Of a stretch of DNA of 64,000 nucleotides, positions 36,934-46,190 are shown in pieces (the stretch's first letter is position 1; the number at the start of each line of letters is the position of its first letter). Below the pieces are notes generated by a model. That model searched no databases. It was not told the origin of the DNA and saw only the letters and a program-made list of their open reading frames with translations. This DNA comes from a bacterium (lineage in GTDB: Bacteria > Patescibacteriota > Minisyncoccia > Minisyncoccales > CG1-02-41-26), in the NCBI GenBank assembly GCA_030616605.1, contig JAUWWY010000001.1, positions 68,251 to 132,250 of the forward strand, given 5' to 3'. The position numbers and the translations under genes are program-made.

Positions 36934-38979
36934 ATGCTATTTTCCTACAATTGGTTACAAGATTATATTAAGGAAAAACTATTTCCAGCAGAGAAACTGG
37001 CTGAGATTTTAACTAGGCACAGTTTTGAGATAGAAGATGTTAAAAAGAGAGGTAAAGATTGGCTTTTAGATATTGATGTTTTACCAAATCGAGGAGCTGA
37101 CTGTTTTTCTCATTTGGGTATTGCCCGTGAAATAGCAGTAATAACAAACAGTAAGTTCCAAGTTCCAAGTTCCAAGTTTCAAGAAAGTAGCAAATTAAAA
37201 GCAAGAGATTTCATAAAATTAGAAGTTAAAAATAAAGCTGATTGCCCCCGTTATACCGGTAAAGTAATTTTGGGGATAAAAGTAGGTTCAGCGCCTAAAT
37301 GGATTCAAGAAAGATTAAAAGCTTGCGGCCTCCAGCCAATTAATAATATCGTTGATATAGCTAATTACGTGATGTTGGAGACTGGTGAACCAATTCATGC
37401 CTTTGACCTTGATAAGATTGAAAAGAAAATTATTGTCAGAAGAGCCCAAAAAGGAGAAAGAATAAAGGCCTTAGATGACAAAAGCTATAGCTTAGATAGA
37501 GACATTTTAGTAATAGCAGACGAGAAAGGACCAATTGCCATTGCTGGAATAAAAGGAGGGGAAAAAACTGGCATTGATTCTAAAACAAAAAATATAGTTA
37601 TTGAAGCAGCTAATTTCAATCAAAAAGTTATTCGTCAGGGTTCCAGAAAATTGAAACTAAGAACAGATGCTTCTTTGCGGTTTGAGAATGGAATTGACCC
37701 AAACTTGATTGACTCTGCTCAAGAAAGAATTGTCTCTTTAATTCAAGAAATAGCTGGTGGGAAAATCGCAAAAGGATTAATAGGCTTTTATCCAAATAAA
37801 GTCCGGCCCAAGAAAATAAATCTTGATTTAAATTACAGCGAAAAACTATTAGGTATCAAAGTTCCAAAACAAAAAGCGATAAAAATCCTAAAATCTTTAG
37901 GTTTCCAATCTTACGAGGTTGAGCCTCGTGAGATTGTAGTGGAGGTACCGACCAGAAGATTAGATGTTTCAATTCAGGAAGATTTAATTGAAGAGATAGG
38001 AAGGATTGTCGGTTTCCAGAATATTCCTTCAGCTTTTCCTCAGGCAGCTTTGATTTCTCCAGAAAAAAATCAAGAACTGTTTTGGCAGAAAAATATAAAA
38101 GATATTTTAAAAGAAATAGGATTCTCTGAAGTTTATAATTACTCTTTTATAGGAGAGAAAGAAGAAGATATTTTTGGTTGGAAAACAGCTGAGTTAATAG
38201 AATTAGAAAATCCAATGAGTTCTTTTAATAAATATTTGAGGCCAAGTTTGATTCCAAATTTACTGAAAAATATTAGAGAAAACTTAAAGTTTGTTAGCGA
38301 AATAAAAATTTTTGAGATTGGAAAAATCTTTATCAAGAAAAAAAGTTTATTGGAAAAGGAAATGTTAGCAGGGATTTTAACGAGAAAGGGGATAAAAGAT
38401 GAGGGTTTTTATGAGTTGAAGGGGATAGTTGATTCTTTGCTCAATAAATTAGGGATAAGCAATATTTGGTATGATGAATATCAGTCAACCCCTGAAGAGT
38501 CAAAATTGACTCATTGGCATCCTTCAAAATGTGCTGAGATTAAGAGTGATGGAGAAGAAATTGGCTTTTTGGGAGAAATTTCTCCAAAAATTTTAGAAGA
38601 TTTAAGAATTAAAGAAAAGGTCTTTGTTTTTGATTTGGATTTTGAAAAGTTGCTGAAATTAGTTTCCGAGGAACATGAATATCAACCAATTTCTCTTTTT
38701 CCAACAGCAGTTAGAGATTTGGCTGTTTTAGTTCCCCAAGGGACAAAAGTAGTAACGCTTTTGAATAGAATAAATTCAGCTGGGGGAAAATTAGTTCGGG
38801 ATGTTGACCTTTTTGATGTTTATCAAGGAAGGGAGATTCCCAGAAATAAAGAAAATTTTGCTTTTCATATAATTTATCAAGCTGAAGATAGAACTTTGTC
38901 TTCAAAAGAAATTGATAAAATACATCAGAAAATAATTAAAGCCCTGGAAGAAAATCCTGAATGGGAAGTAAGGAAGTAA
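36934..38979 (+). CDS. pheT: Phenylalanine--tRNA ligase beta subunit (short; lacks B2 OB domain)
   Basis: SYNWL, PNRGADCFSH.GIARE, INNIVD..NYVM.E.G.P.HAFD, DLIEEIGR, RDLA..LFDVY. Confidence 0.95.
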   Translation: MLFSYNWLQDYIKEKLFPAEKLAEILTRHSFEIEDVKKRGKDWLLDIDVLPNRGADCFSHLGIAREIAVITNSKFQVPSSKFQESSKLKARDFIKLEVKNKADCPRYTGKVILGIKVGSAPKWIQERLKACGLQPINNIVDIANYVMLETGEPIHAFDLDKIEKKIIVRRAQKGERIKALDDKSYSLDRDILVIADEKGPIAIAGIKGGEKTGIDSKTKNIVIEAANFNQKVIRQGSRKLKLRTDASLRFENGIDPNLIDSAQERIVSLIQEIAGGKIAKGLIGFYPNKVRPKKINLDLNYSEKLLGIKVPKQKAIKILKSLGFQSYEVEPREIVVEVPTRRLDVSIQEDLIEEIGRIVGFQNIPSAFPQAALISPEKNQELFWQKNIKDILKEIGFSEVYNYSFIGEKEEDIFGWKTAELIELENPMSSFNKYLRPSLIPNLLKNIRENLKFVSEIKIFEIGKIFIKKKSLLEKEMLAGILTRKGIKDEGFYELKGIVDSLLNKLGISNIWYDEYQSTPEESKLTHWHPSKCAEIKSDGEEIGFLGEISPKILEDLRIKEKVFVFDLDFEKLLKLVSEEHEYQPISLFPTAVRDLAVLVPQGTKVVTLLNRINSAGGKLVRDVDLFDVYQGREIPRNKENFAFHIIYQAEDRTLSSKEIDKIHQKIIKALEENPEWEVRK

Positions 38980-38987
38980 TTAAAAAT

Positions 38988-40952
38988 ATGAGTCCTAAAA
39001 AAACTAAACAAAAAACAACTAAACCAGTAAAAAGAACAAAAAAAGAAGAGTCTTATACAGCTAAAGATATCTATGTTTTAAAGGGCCTTGAACCAATCCG
39101 GCGAAGACCGGGAATGTACATTGGTTCAACCGGGCCGGAAGGTTTACACCACTTAATATGGGAGTGTGTTGATAACTCATTAGATGAGGCGATTGCTGGA
39201 TATTGTAAAAACATTGAAGTTCATCTTTTGTCAGAAAATAAAGTAAAGACAATAGATGATGGAAGAGGAATCCCAGTTGAGAAACACCCTCAAACCAAAA
39301 AATCAGCTTTGGAGACAGTAATGACAACCCTGCATGCTGGAGCTAAATTTGGTGGCAAGGCCTATCAGATAGCCGGGGGATTACATGGAGTCGGAGTTTC
39401 AGTAGTTTGTGCTCTATCTCAAAATCTCAAAGCAGAAGTCTGTAGAAAGGAGGTAAGGTATACTCAAGAATATTCTCGAGGAAAAACCAAAACCAAAGTT
39501 AATAAAGCGGGCAAGTGCAAGAAATCAGGGACGACTATAACTTTTGAGCCTGACCCAGAGATTTTCAAAAATATTAATTTTGACCTTAAAAGAGTTTTAA
39601 ATCACCTTCGTCAACAGGCATATCTTACTCCTGGAGTTAAAATAAGTGTTCACGACCAACGAAGCTCTCCTTTTCTTGTCTATAATTTTTATTTTGAAGG
39701 AGGATTACGCTCTTATATAAGATACTTAGTTAATGAAACTGAAACTCATCATGATAATATTTTTTACGGCCGAGGAGAAAAAGAAGGAATTTTAGTTGAA
39801 GTTGCTCTTCAATACGCCAAAGAAATGGAAGCTTTTGAAGAAAGTTTTGCTAATAATATTTATACCGGTGAAGGGGGAACCCATCTTACTGGCTTTAGAA
39901 CTGCCTTAACCAGAACCTTAAATGACTATGCTAGAAAAAATGATTTTCTTAAAGAAAAAGAGGAAAATTTTTCTGGAAATGACGTTAGAGAAGGATTAGT
40001 GGCTGCTATTTCAGTTAAACTAAAAGACCCCCAGTTTGAAGGTCAAACCAAAGCAAAATTGGGCAATTCTGAGGCAAGAACTATAACTGATAGTATTTGT
40101 TCTGAAACTTTGACTGATTTTTTAGAAAAAAATCCTCACGATGCCAAAGCCATTATTGAAAATTGCTTACTCGCTTCAAAAGCCAGAAAAGCAGCAAAAG
40201 CTGCCAGAACTACGGTGCTTAGAAAAGGAATTTTAGAAGGTTTAACTTTACCGGGAAAATTAGCTGATTGTTCTTCCAGAAGTCCCGAAGAATCCGAACT
40301 TTATATCGTTGAAGGCGACTCAGCCGGAGGAAGTAGCAAGATGGCAAGAGATAGGAGGACTCAGGCAATTTTACCCTTGAAAGGAAAAATTTTAAATGTT
40401 GAAAGAAAAAGATTAAGTAAAATTTTAAGCTCAGAAGAAATAAAATCTTTAATCATTGCTCTAGGAACAGCTATTGCCGAAGATTTTAATATAAATAAGT
40501 TAAGGTATCACAGAATTATAATAATGACTGATGCTGATGTTGATGGCGCCCATATAAGGACTTTACTTCTGACTTTATTTTTCAGATATTTCAGGGAGAT
40601 AATTGAAAAAGGATATCTTTATATTGCTCAACCTCCTCTTTACAAAATTCAATCTGGAAAAAGAAAAGAATATGCTTATACTGAAGCTGATAAGGAAGAA
40701 ATTTTATCCTCATTTAAAAAAGAAAAAACAGTTGGCCAAGGTATCCAACGTTATAAAGGATTAGGAGAAATGAATTCTCAAGAGCTTTGGCAGACTACTA
40801 TGGACCCGGAAAATCGGACATTATTGAATGTAAGGGTTGAAGATGCTAAAACTGCTGACCACATTTTTGATACCCTAATGGGTAAAGAAGTGTTACCAAG
40901 AAAGAAGTTTATTCAGGCCTATGCTAAAAAGGTCAAGAATTTGGATATTTGA
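38988..40952 (+). CDS. gyrB: DNA gyrase subunit B
   Basis: RPGMYIGST, E.VDNS.DE, DDGRGIP, GGLHGVG, EGDSAGG, PLKGKILN, DADVDG, RYKGLGEM; ATG 38988 preferred. Confidence 0.95.
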   Translation: MSPKKTKQKTTKPVKRTKKEESYTAKDIYVLKGLEPIRRRPGMYIGSTGPEGLHHLIWECVDNSLDEAIAGYCKNIEVHLLSENKVKTIDDGRGIPVEKHPQTKKSALETVMTTLHAGAKFGGKAYQIAGGLHGVGVSVVCALSQNLKAEVCRKEVRYTQEYSRGKTKTKVNKAGKCKKSGTTITFEPDPEIFKNINFDLKRVLNHLRQQAYLTPGVKISVHDQRSSPFLVYNFYFEGGLRSYIRYLVNETETHHDNIFYGRGEKEGILVEVALQYAKEMEAFEESFANNIYTGEGGTHLTGFRTALTRTLNDYARKNDFLKEKEENFSGNDVREGLVAAISVKLKDPQFEGQTKAKLGNSEARTITDSICSETLTDFLEKNPHDAKAIIENCLLASKARKAAKAARTTVLRKGILEGLTLPGKLADCSSRSPEESELYIVEGDSAGGSSKMARDRRTQAILPLKGKILNVERKRLSKILSSEEIKSLIIALGTAIAEDFNINKLRYHRIIIMTDADVDGAHIRTLLLTLFFRYFREIIEKGYLYIAQPPLYKIQSGKRKEYAYTEADKEEILSSFKKEKTVGQGIQRYKGLGEMNSQELWQTTMDPENRTLLNVRVEDAKTADHIFDTLMGKEVLPRKKFIQAYAKKVKNLDI

Positions 40953-41032
40953 ATTAGGGTTGACAAATTTTAAAAGGGCTTTAATATTGAAATTAGAGCC
41001 CTGAAGGGCTTTTTTAAACTTTTTTGTCTAAT

Positions 41033-41224
41033 ATGAAACTTTTTAAAAAAATAAAAACTTTCTTTAAGGAGGTTTTAGTCGAGGGTAAAAAAGTTGACTG
41101 GCCTCGAAAAAAACAAACCCTTGATTACACCTTGGTTGTTATCGGAATAACTTTTGGGGTAGCTTTATTTTTGGGAATTTTAGATTTTATTTTTGTTAAA
41201 ATTTTAGGAAAATTTATATTTTAA
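41033..41224 (+). CDS. secE: Preprotein translocase subunit SecE
   Basis: E.KKVDWP..TM helix..D; precedes nusG. Confidence 0.93.
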   Translation: MKLFKKIKTFFKEVLVEGKKVDWPRKKQTLDYTLVVIGITFGVALFLGILDFIFVKILGKFIF

Positions 41225-41226
41225 TT

Positions 41227-41772
41227 ATGCCCAAACAAAAAGTACAACAAGGCAAAAACTGGTATGTGATTCATACTTATCCGGGAGAAGAAGAAGCAGT
41301 AGCTAGGGGTTTAAAGCAAAGAATTGAAAATTTAAGCATGGAAGATAAGATTTTCAGTGTTATAGTGCCTAAAGAGAGAAAGATTAAGATTAGAAGTGGA
41401 AAAAGAAAGACTATTGAAGAAAGGATTTACCCGGGCTATGTTTTTGTTGAAATGATAGTTACTGATGATTCTTGGTACGTTGTCAGAAATACTCCTAGAG
41501 TCACTGGTTTTATCGGATCTGGCACTACTCCTATTCCAGTTTCTCAAAAAGAGATAGAAATTTTGAAAAAGAGAATGGATATAAAAATTCCTCAATACAA
41601 AATAGATGTTGCTCCTGGGAGTTTAGTTAAAATCACCGATGGTCCTTTTAAAGATTTTGAGGGAAAGGTTTTTGAAATAGACCAGGAAAGAGGTAAGTTA
41701 AAAGTATTGGTAAATATTTTTGGCAGAGACACTCCAGTCGAGATAGATTCTTTACAGGTAAAGAAGATGTAA
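41227..41772 (+). CDS. nusG: Transcription factor NusG
   Basis: WYVIHTY.G.E, YPGYVFVEM, VRNTPRVTGF, KOW GPFKDFEG, IFGRDTPVE. Confidence 0.97.
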   Translation: MPKQKVQQGKNWYVIHTYPGEEEAVARGLKQRIENLSMEDKIFSVIVPKERKIKIRSGKRKTIEERIYPGYVFVEMIVTDDSWYVVRNTPRVTGFIGSGTTPIPVSQKEIEILKKRMDIKIPQYKIDVAPGSLVKITDGPFKDFEGKVFEIDQERGKLKVLVNIFGRDTPVEIDSLQVKKM

Positions 41773-41778
41773 AAGTTT

Positions 41779-42201
41779 ATGGCAAAGACAGTAGCCACAA
41801 TAAAACTTCATATTCCAGCTGGAAAGGCGAACCCGGCTCCGCCTATTGGTCCGACTTTAGCTCAACACGGAATAAATATTGGGGATTTTTGTCAAAGATT
41901 TAATGATGCTACAAAAGATAAAGAAGGTTTTACTATTCCAGTCGAAATTACGGTTTATGATGACCGGAGTTTTAATTTTAAATTAAAAAGCCCTTTGGCT
42001 TCCGACCTCTTGAAAAAAGCGGCTGGTATTGAAAAAGGTTCAGGGGCTCCTAATCGAAAGAAAGTTGCTAAAATTAGTAAAGCTCAATTAAAGGAGATTG
42101 CCCAAAAAAAGATGCCCGATTTAAACACTGAAGATATTGAACAAGCAATGAAAATTATTGAAGGCACAGCCAAAAATATGGGTATTGAAATCAAAGATTA
42201 A
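41779..42201 (+). CDS. rplK: 50S ribosomal protein L11
   Basis: [35 protein letters not shown]. Confidence 0.98.
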   Translation: MAKTVATIKLHIPAGKANPAPPIGPTLAQHGINIGDFCQRFNDATKDKEGFTIPVEITVYDDRSFNFKLKSPLASDLLKKAAGIEKGSGAPNRKKVAKISKAQLKEIAQKKMPDLNTEDIEQAMKIIEGTAKNMGIEIKD

Positions 42202-42208
42202 TAAATCC

Positions 42209-42643
42209 ATGAATTACTACAAAAAAATATTGTTAATCGTTTTATTTATTGTCTTTTTAGGAGTTCTTTTGTTTTTGGGTAACGAATTTTTAAACAAAAC
42301 TTCTCAAGAACCCATAGATGAAATTGGCAATAATAAAGTTTTATATATAATTAACAAAGGAAATGAAGATATTAATGAATATCAAATAGTAATTTCTTCT
42401 GACTCAACTGTTTTTTCTTTATTAGAAGAACTTTCCCAAATAAATAATTTTGAACTTTTATCAACTTTATACAAAGATATGGGTGTTTTTGTTGAAAGCA
42501 TTGATGGATTGAAGAATGGAACAGAAAATAAATACTGGCAGTATTGGGTTAATGATAAATTAGGAGAAGTAGCGTCTGATAAAAAGAAAGTAAAAGGAAG
42601 TGATAAAATAGAATGGAAATTTGAAGTACCACCAGAATTTTAA
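42209..42643 (+). CDS. Membrane-anchored DUF4430 (transcobalamin C-terminal-like) protein, putative cobamide binder
   Basis: N-terminal TM; TVFSLL, GVFVESIDG, YWQYWVN..GEVASD...GSDKIEW; ATG 42209. Confidence 0.75.
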   Translation: MNYYKKILLIVLFIVFLGVLLFLGNEFLNKTSQEPIDEIGNNKVLYIINKGNEDINEYQIVISSDSTVFSLLEELSQINNFELLSTLYKDMGVFVESIDGLKNGTENKYWQYWVNDKLGEVASDKKKVKGSDKIEWKFEVPPEF

Positions 42644-43215
42644 TGATGAAAAAAACAAAATTTTTAGCAGCTTTATTGCTTATTCTTGGTGGCGTGGCTT
42701 TACGGCTTTTAATGGTAGAGTTTCTTAGAATTCCTAATTTAGAAGTGGTGACTTCTTTTTCTTTAATTGCCGGAGCAATGCTTGGTGGAATTTTTACTTT
42801 TGTTGTTCCCTTAAGTATTATTGCTGTTACTGATATGTATATCGGTAATACCTCTATTTTACTTTTTACCTGGTCAGCTTTTGCAATTATTGGAATTTTT
42901 GGTTTTCTTTTAAAAAAAAGAAAATCTTTTAATTTTCGTTTTGTGGGAGAAATGACCGGAATAGGTATAATTTCCTCTTTATTTTTTTATCTTTATACTA
43001 ATTTTGGCTGGTGGCTTCTGACTGGTATGTATTCTTACACTTTACAAGGATTAACTCAGTGTTATATAATGGGATTACCGTTTTTAAGAACAAATTTATT
43101 GGGTAATCTTTTATTTGTGCCTTTTTTTACCTCTTTGGCATTACTTGCTTGGAAATATTATCCAGCTTTTAGATTATCAAAATTACTAAGGATTAAATAT
43201 GATTCTTTCAGATAA
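42643..43215 (+). CDS. ECF S-component-like membrane protein (DUF6580-like), putative cobamide transporter
   Basis: About 6 TM segments; PN.E..T..SL, SSLFFYLYTNFG.W, GL..CY.MGLPF motifs; translationally coupled to the DUF4430 gene. Confidence 0.65.
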   Translation: MMKKTKFLAALLLILGGVALRLLMVEFLRIPNLEVVTSFSLIAGAMLGGIFTFVVPLSIIAVTDMYIGNTSILLFTWSAFAIIGIFGFLLKKRKSFNFRFVGEMTGIGIISSLFFYLYTNFGWWLLTGMYSYTLQGLTQCYIMGLPFLRTNLLGNLLFVPFFTSLALLAWKYYPAFRLSKLLRIKYDSFR

Positions 43216-43774
43216 GGACATAAAAAAATATATCAAAGAAGGAAAAATTAAAATCAAACCCAAGCCCGATTTTAAAGAACAATTAGGAGCTTGTTCTTTG
43301 GATTTACATTTAGGTAATGTTTTTAAAACTTTTAAACCTTCTCAATACCCATATTTAGATTTGAAAAGAAAGATTAATTTTGAGAAATTTATGGAGGAAA
43401 TAAAGATAGAAAATGGTGCTCCTTTTATTTTACAGCCAAAAGAATTTGTTTTGGCTATCACCAAAGAAGACATTACTTTAAGTGATGATTTAATGGCAAG
43501 GCTTGATGGCAGGAGTTCCTTGGGAAGATTGGGATTAGTAGTTCATACAACCGCAGCCCGTTTTGACCCGGGCTGGCAAGGAAAAGCAGTGATGGAACTT
43601 GGAAATTTGGGAATTATGCCGGTAATTTTATATTCAGGGATGAGGATTTGCGCTTTAACTTTTGAGACCCTTTCTGGTCCTTGTGAAACCCCATATTCAA
43701 AAAAGAAAAAAGCCAAATACATTAAACAAAAATCTCCCCAGGCAAGCAAAATAAACCAGGAATTTAAGAAGTAA
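43199..43774 (+). CDS. dcd: dCTP deaminase
   Basis: MILSDKDI, SLDLHLG, GRSSLGRLGL.VH.TA..DPGW.G...E. Confidence 0.95.
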   Translation: MILSDKDIKKYIKEGKIKIKPKPDFKEQLGACSLDLHLGNVFKTFKPSQYPYLDLKRKINFEKFMEEIKIENGAPFILQPKEFVLAITKEDITLSDDLMARLDGRSSLGRLGLVVHTTAARFDPGWQGKAVMELGNLGIMPVILYSGMRICALTFETLSGPCETPYSKKKKAKYIKQKSPQASKINQEFKK

Positions 43775-43783
43775 TTGAAAAAT

Positions 43784-44653
43784 ATGGAAGAAAAGCTTAA
43801 AAACTGGCCATTAGTTGAGGGGAGATATATATTGGGGAATAAGAAGTCTTCAATAGCTGTTTGTACCAATGCTACGGTTGAAGGAATTGGTCTTGATATG
43901 GAAAAGATAGCAATTTGCGGCAAATGCGTAACCGAAAACATTGGAATTGAAAAAATAATTCAAAATATTGTTTCAAACCCTTATATTAGATTTTTAATTC
44001 TTTGCGGAAAAGTTTCCAAGGGTCATTTTATAAGTCAGGCGCTTATTTCTTTAAAAAATAATGGTATAGACAAGGATAAAAGGATTATTGGAGCCAAAGG
44101 AAATACGCCCTATTTAAAAGGAATTGATAAAGATTTAATAGAAAGATTTCGTCAGCAAATAACCTTTGTAGATTTAATTGGAGAAAATGATTCAAAAAAA
44201 ATAATGGAGAAGGTTGAAAAGTGTCTAAAAAGAAATCCAGGAATATTTAAAGGAGAAAACATTGAAATTGAAAATATTGAAGAAATAGAAGCTAAATCTT
44301 ATTCTGATTCTGATTGGATACGTGATCCCAAAGGATTTTTTATTATTTCTGTTAGTAAAATAAGAAACAAAATACTGGTTGAATATTATCAAGATAATAA
44401 ACTAAAAAATAAGATAATCGGTGATTCAGCAAAGGATATTTGTAAAACAATCTCTAATCTTGATTTAATTGGTAATTTTGCCCAAACCAAAGAGCATTCT
44501 ATGTATTTGGCAAGAGAACTTCAAAAAGCAGAAATAGCTCTAAAAAATAATTTAGATTTTGAACAGGAAAAAGAATTAATTTTTGAAAAGGTTGCCAAAA
44601 AACAAGAATCAATAAAAAAAGAATCAGCCGATGAATACAACTGGTTCGATTAA
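43784..44653 (+). CDS. MtrA-like corrinoid-binding domain fused to DUF4346
   Basis: WP.VEG.Y.LGN..S.IAVCT, TENIGIEKII.NIVSNPYIRFLILCG..SKGH..SQAL, RIIGAKG..PYL; C-terminal DPKGFF..HSMYLARELQKAE; ATG 43784. Confidence 0.85.
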   Translation: MEEKLKNWPLVEGRYILGNKKSSIAVCTNATVEGIGLDMEKIAICGKCVTENIGIEKIIQNIVSNPYIRFLILCGKVSKGHFISQALISLKNNGIDKDKRIIGAKGNTPYLKGIDKDLIERFRQQITFVDLIGENDSKKIMEKVEKCLKRNPGIFKGENIEIENIEEIEAKSYSDSDWIRDPKGFFIISVSKIRNKILVEYYQDNKLKNKIIGDSAKDICKTISNLDLIGNFAQTKEHSMYLARELQKAEIALKNNLDFEQEKELIFEKVAKKQESIKKESADEYNWFD

Positions 44654-44658
44654 ATTTT

Positions 44659-45432
44659 ATGTATGAAACAAAAGGAATTACTGCAAAAAATTTAGCTGAG
44701 GCCTGGGAAAAGGCCTGTATTTTAATAATGAAAGAAGGTCATACTCGTTATGTTCAGGCTCCTGAATACCAAATAGAAACAAAAGACATCCCTTTAATGA
44801 TTAAAGTTTCAGAACCTTTTTCTAAACCCCGCTTAAGTGATAAAGCAAACACGACAAGAGAATTAGCTGATGATTATACAAAAAAATTTTTACACGGTTC
44901 AGGAAAAGAAAATGAAAACAGCTTTGATTATACTTATTATTCACGTCTTCGTTGTTATCCAGATTGTAAGGTAAGAGCTTTTTTGCCAAGTATAACTGAC
45001 TCCGAAGAAGAATTAGCCGAAGAAATTAAAAAGATTTCTTCTGAGGGAAAATGCGTGGTTCAAAGAATTGACCAGGTAGAAAAGGCAATTAATATTCTTA
45101 AAAAAGACCCCACACGCCGAACAGTAGTGATGCACACCTGGATTCCTTTCCGGGACTTAATGAAATTTGGTCCCAAAAGAGAAGATAGTTCCTCTCCTTG
45201 TGTTCTTTTGTTTTATCCTCAATTAGTTGATGAAAAATTACATATGTTTGTTGTTATGAAAACCAATGATTTATATAATGCCTGGCCAGAAAATGCCTTT
45301 GCTTTCACTTCTTTGCAAAAATATATGGCCGATGAACTTGGTGTAGGAACCGGAACTTATACTCATTTCTCAGTAAGTATGCATGTCTACAAGGATATGT
45401 TTGAGGAAGTAAGAAAGAAATTCAATTTATAG
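44659..45432 (+). CDS. thyA: Thymidylate synthase-like protein (archaeal-type ThyA, divergent)
   Basis: YTYYSRLR, DQV, PTRR, catalytic SPC, KTND...AWPEN (RSxD...PxN equivalent), SMHVY. Confidence 0.75.
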   Translation: MYETKGITAKNLAEAWEKACILIMKEGHTRYVQAPEYQIETKDIPLMIKVSEPFSKPRLSDKANTTRELADDYTKKFLHGSGKENENSFDYTYYSRLRCYPDCKVRAFLPSITDSEEELAEEIKKISSEGKCVVQRIDQVEKAINILKKDPTRRTVVMHTWIPFRDLMKFGPKREDSSSPCVLLFYPQLVDEKLHMFVVMKTNDLYNAWPENAFAFTSLQKYMADELGVGTGTYTHFSVSMHVYKDMFEEVRKKFNL

Positions 45433-45450
45433 TTCGTTATCTAAAACCAT

Positions 45451-45482
45451 AAAAGAGCTCTTGCTAAAACAAGAGCTTTTTT
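45451..45482 (+). terminator. Intrinsic terminator closing the secE-nusG-rplK...thyA unit
   Basis: AAAAGAGCTCTTG-CTAAAA-CAAGAGCTTTTTT. Confidence 0.8.
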
Positions 45483-45501
45483 ATTATAATAAGAATATAT
45501 T

Positions 45502-46170
45502 ATGAAAAAATTTAATCCAGCTAAAATTATTGACCATACCAATATAAAAGCTAATGCCTCAGCCAAGGAAATAAAGAAAACCTGTCAAGAAGCCAAAAAG
45601 TATGGTTTCCGGGGAGTTTGTGTTAATACACGATGGACAAAGCTAGTAAGTGAAGAATTAAAGAAGACAAAAATTAAAACAGTGGTTTTAATTGATCCAC
45701 CACTGGGATTAAGTTCTCATCCAAAAAGAGTTGAGTTATCTAAACAGGTTAAAAAAGACGGGGCGGACGAGTTAGATATTGTTATAAATGTCATTGATAT
45801 AAAATACGAAAGATACAATGAAGTTTTAGAGGATTTAAAGGAAATCAGTAAAATTTTACCCACTAAAGTTATTATTGGCTCTGGTTATTTAACCAATAAA
45901 GAGATTGAAAAAGCTTCAGAATTAGTTAAGAAAGCCGGAGCTTTTTGTGTTAAAACAGCAACTGAAAAAGACCCTTTAGGACATATTGAGTTGGAAGAAA
46001 AGGCCCGCCACTTAAAAATTATGAAAGAGTCGGCTCCTGGTTTAAAAATTAAAGCGGCCGGGAAAATCAGGACATTCAAGGACGTTCAAATGATGGTTAA
46101 AGCCGGTGCTGATATTATAGGTACAAGTTCAAGTCTTGAGATAATGAGAGAATACAGAAGAAGTCACTAA
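45502..46170 (+). CDS. deoC: Deoxyribose-phosphate aldolase
   Basis: IDHT, GVCVN, GADELDIV, VKTAT (Schiff-base Lys), IKAAG.IRT, GA..IGTSS. Confidence 0.88.
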   Translation: MKKFNPAKIIDHTNIKANASAKEIKKTCQEAKKYGFRGVCVNTRWTKLVSEELKKTKIKTVVLIDPPLGLSSHPKRVELSKQVKKDGADELDIVINVIDIKYERYNEVLEDLKEISKILPTKVIIGSGYLTNKEIEKASELVKKAGAFCVKTATEKDPLGHIELEEKARHLKIMKESAPGLKIKAAGKIRTFKDVQMMVKAGADIIGTSSSLEIMREYRRSH

Positions 46171-46190
46171 GTCACTTAGTCACTTAAGTT

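Noticed and set aside
42158..42208. Cobalamin riboswitch, or longer N-terminus for the DUF4430 ORF
   Set aside because: Only 7 nt separate rplK from ATG 42209; the TTG start at 42158 lies inside rplK.
43784..44653. Methanogenesis (Mtr complex) or archaeal origin of the contig
   Set aside because: Only a soluble MtrA-like domain fused to DUF4346; no other mtr/mcr genes, and surrounding genes (rpoA, dnaE, murA, nusB) are bacterial.
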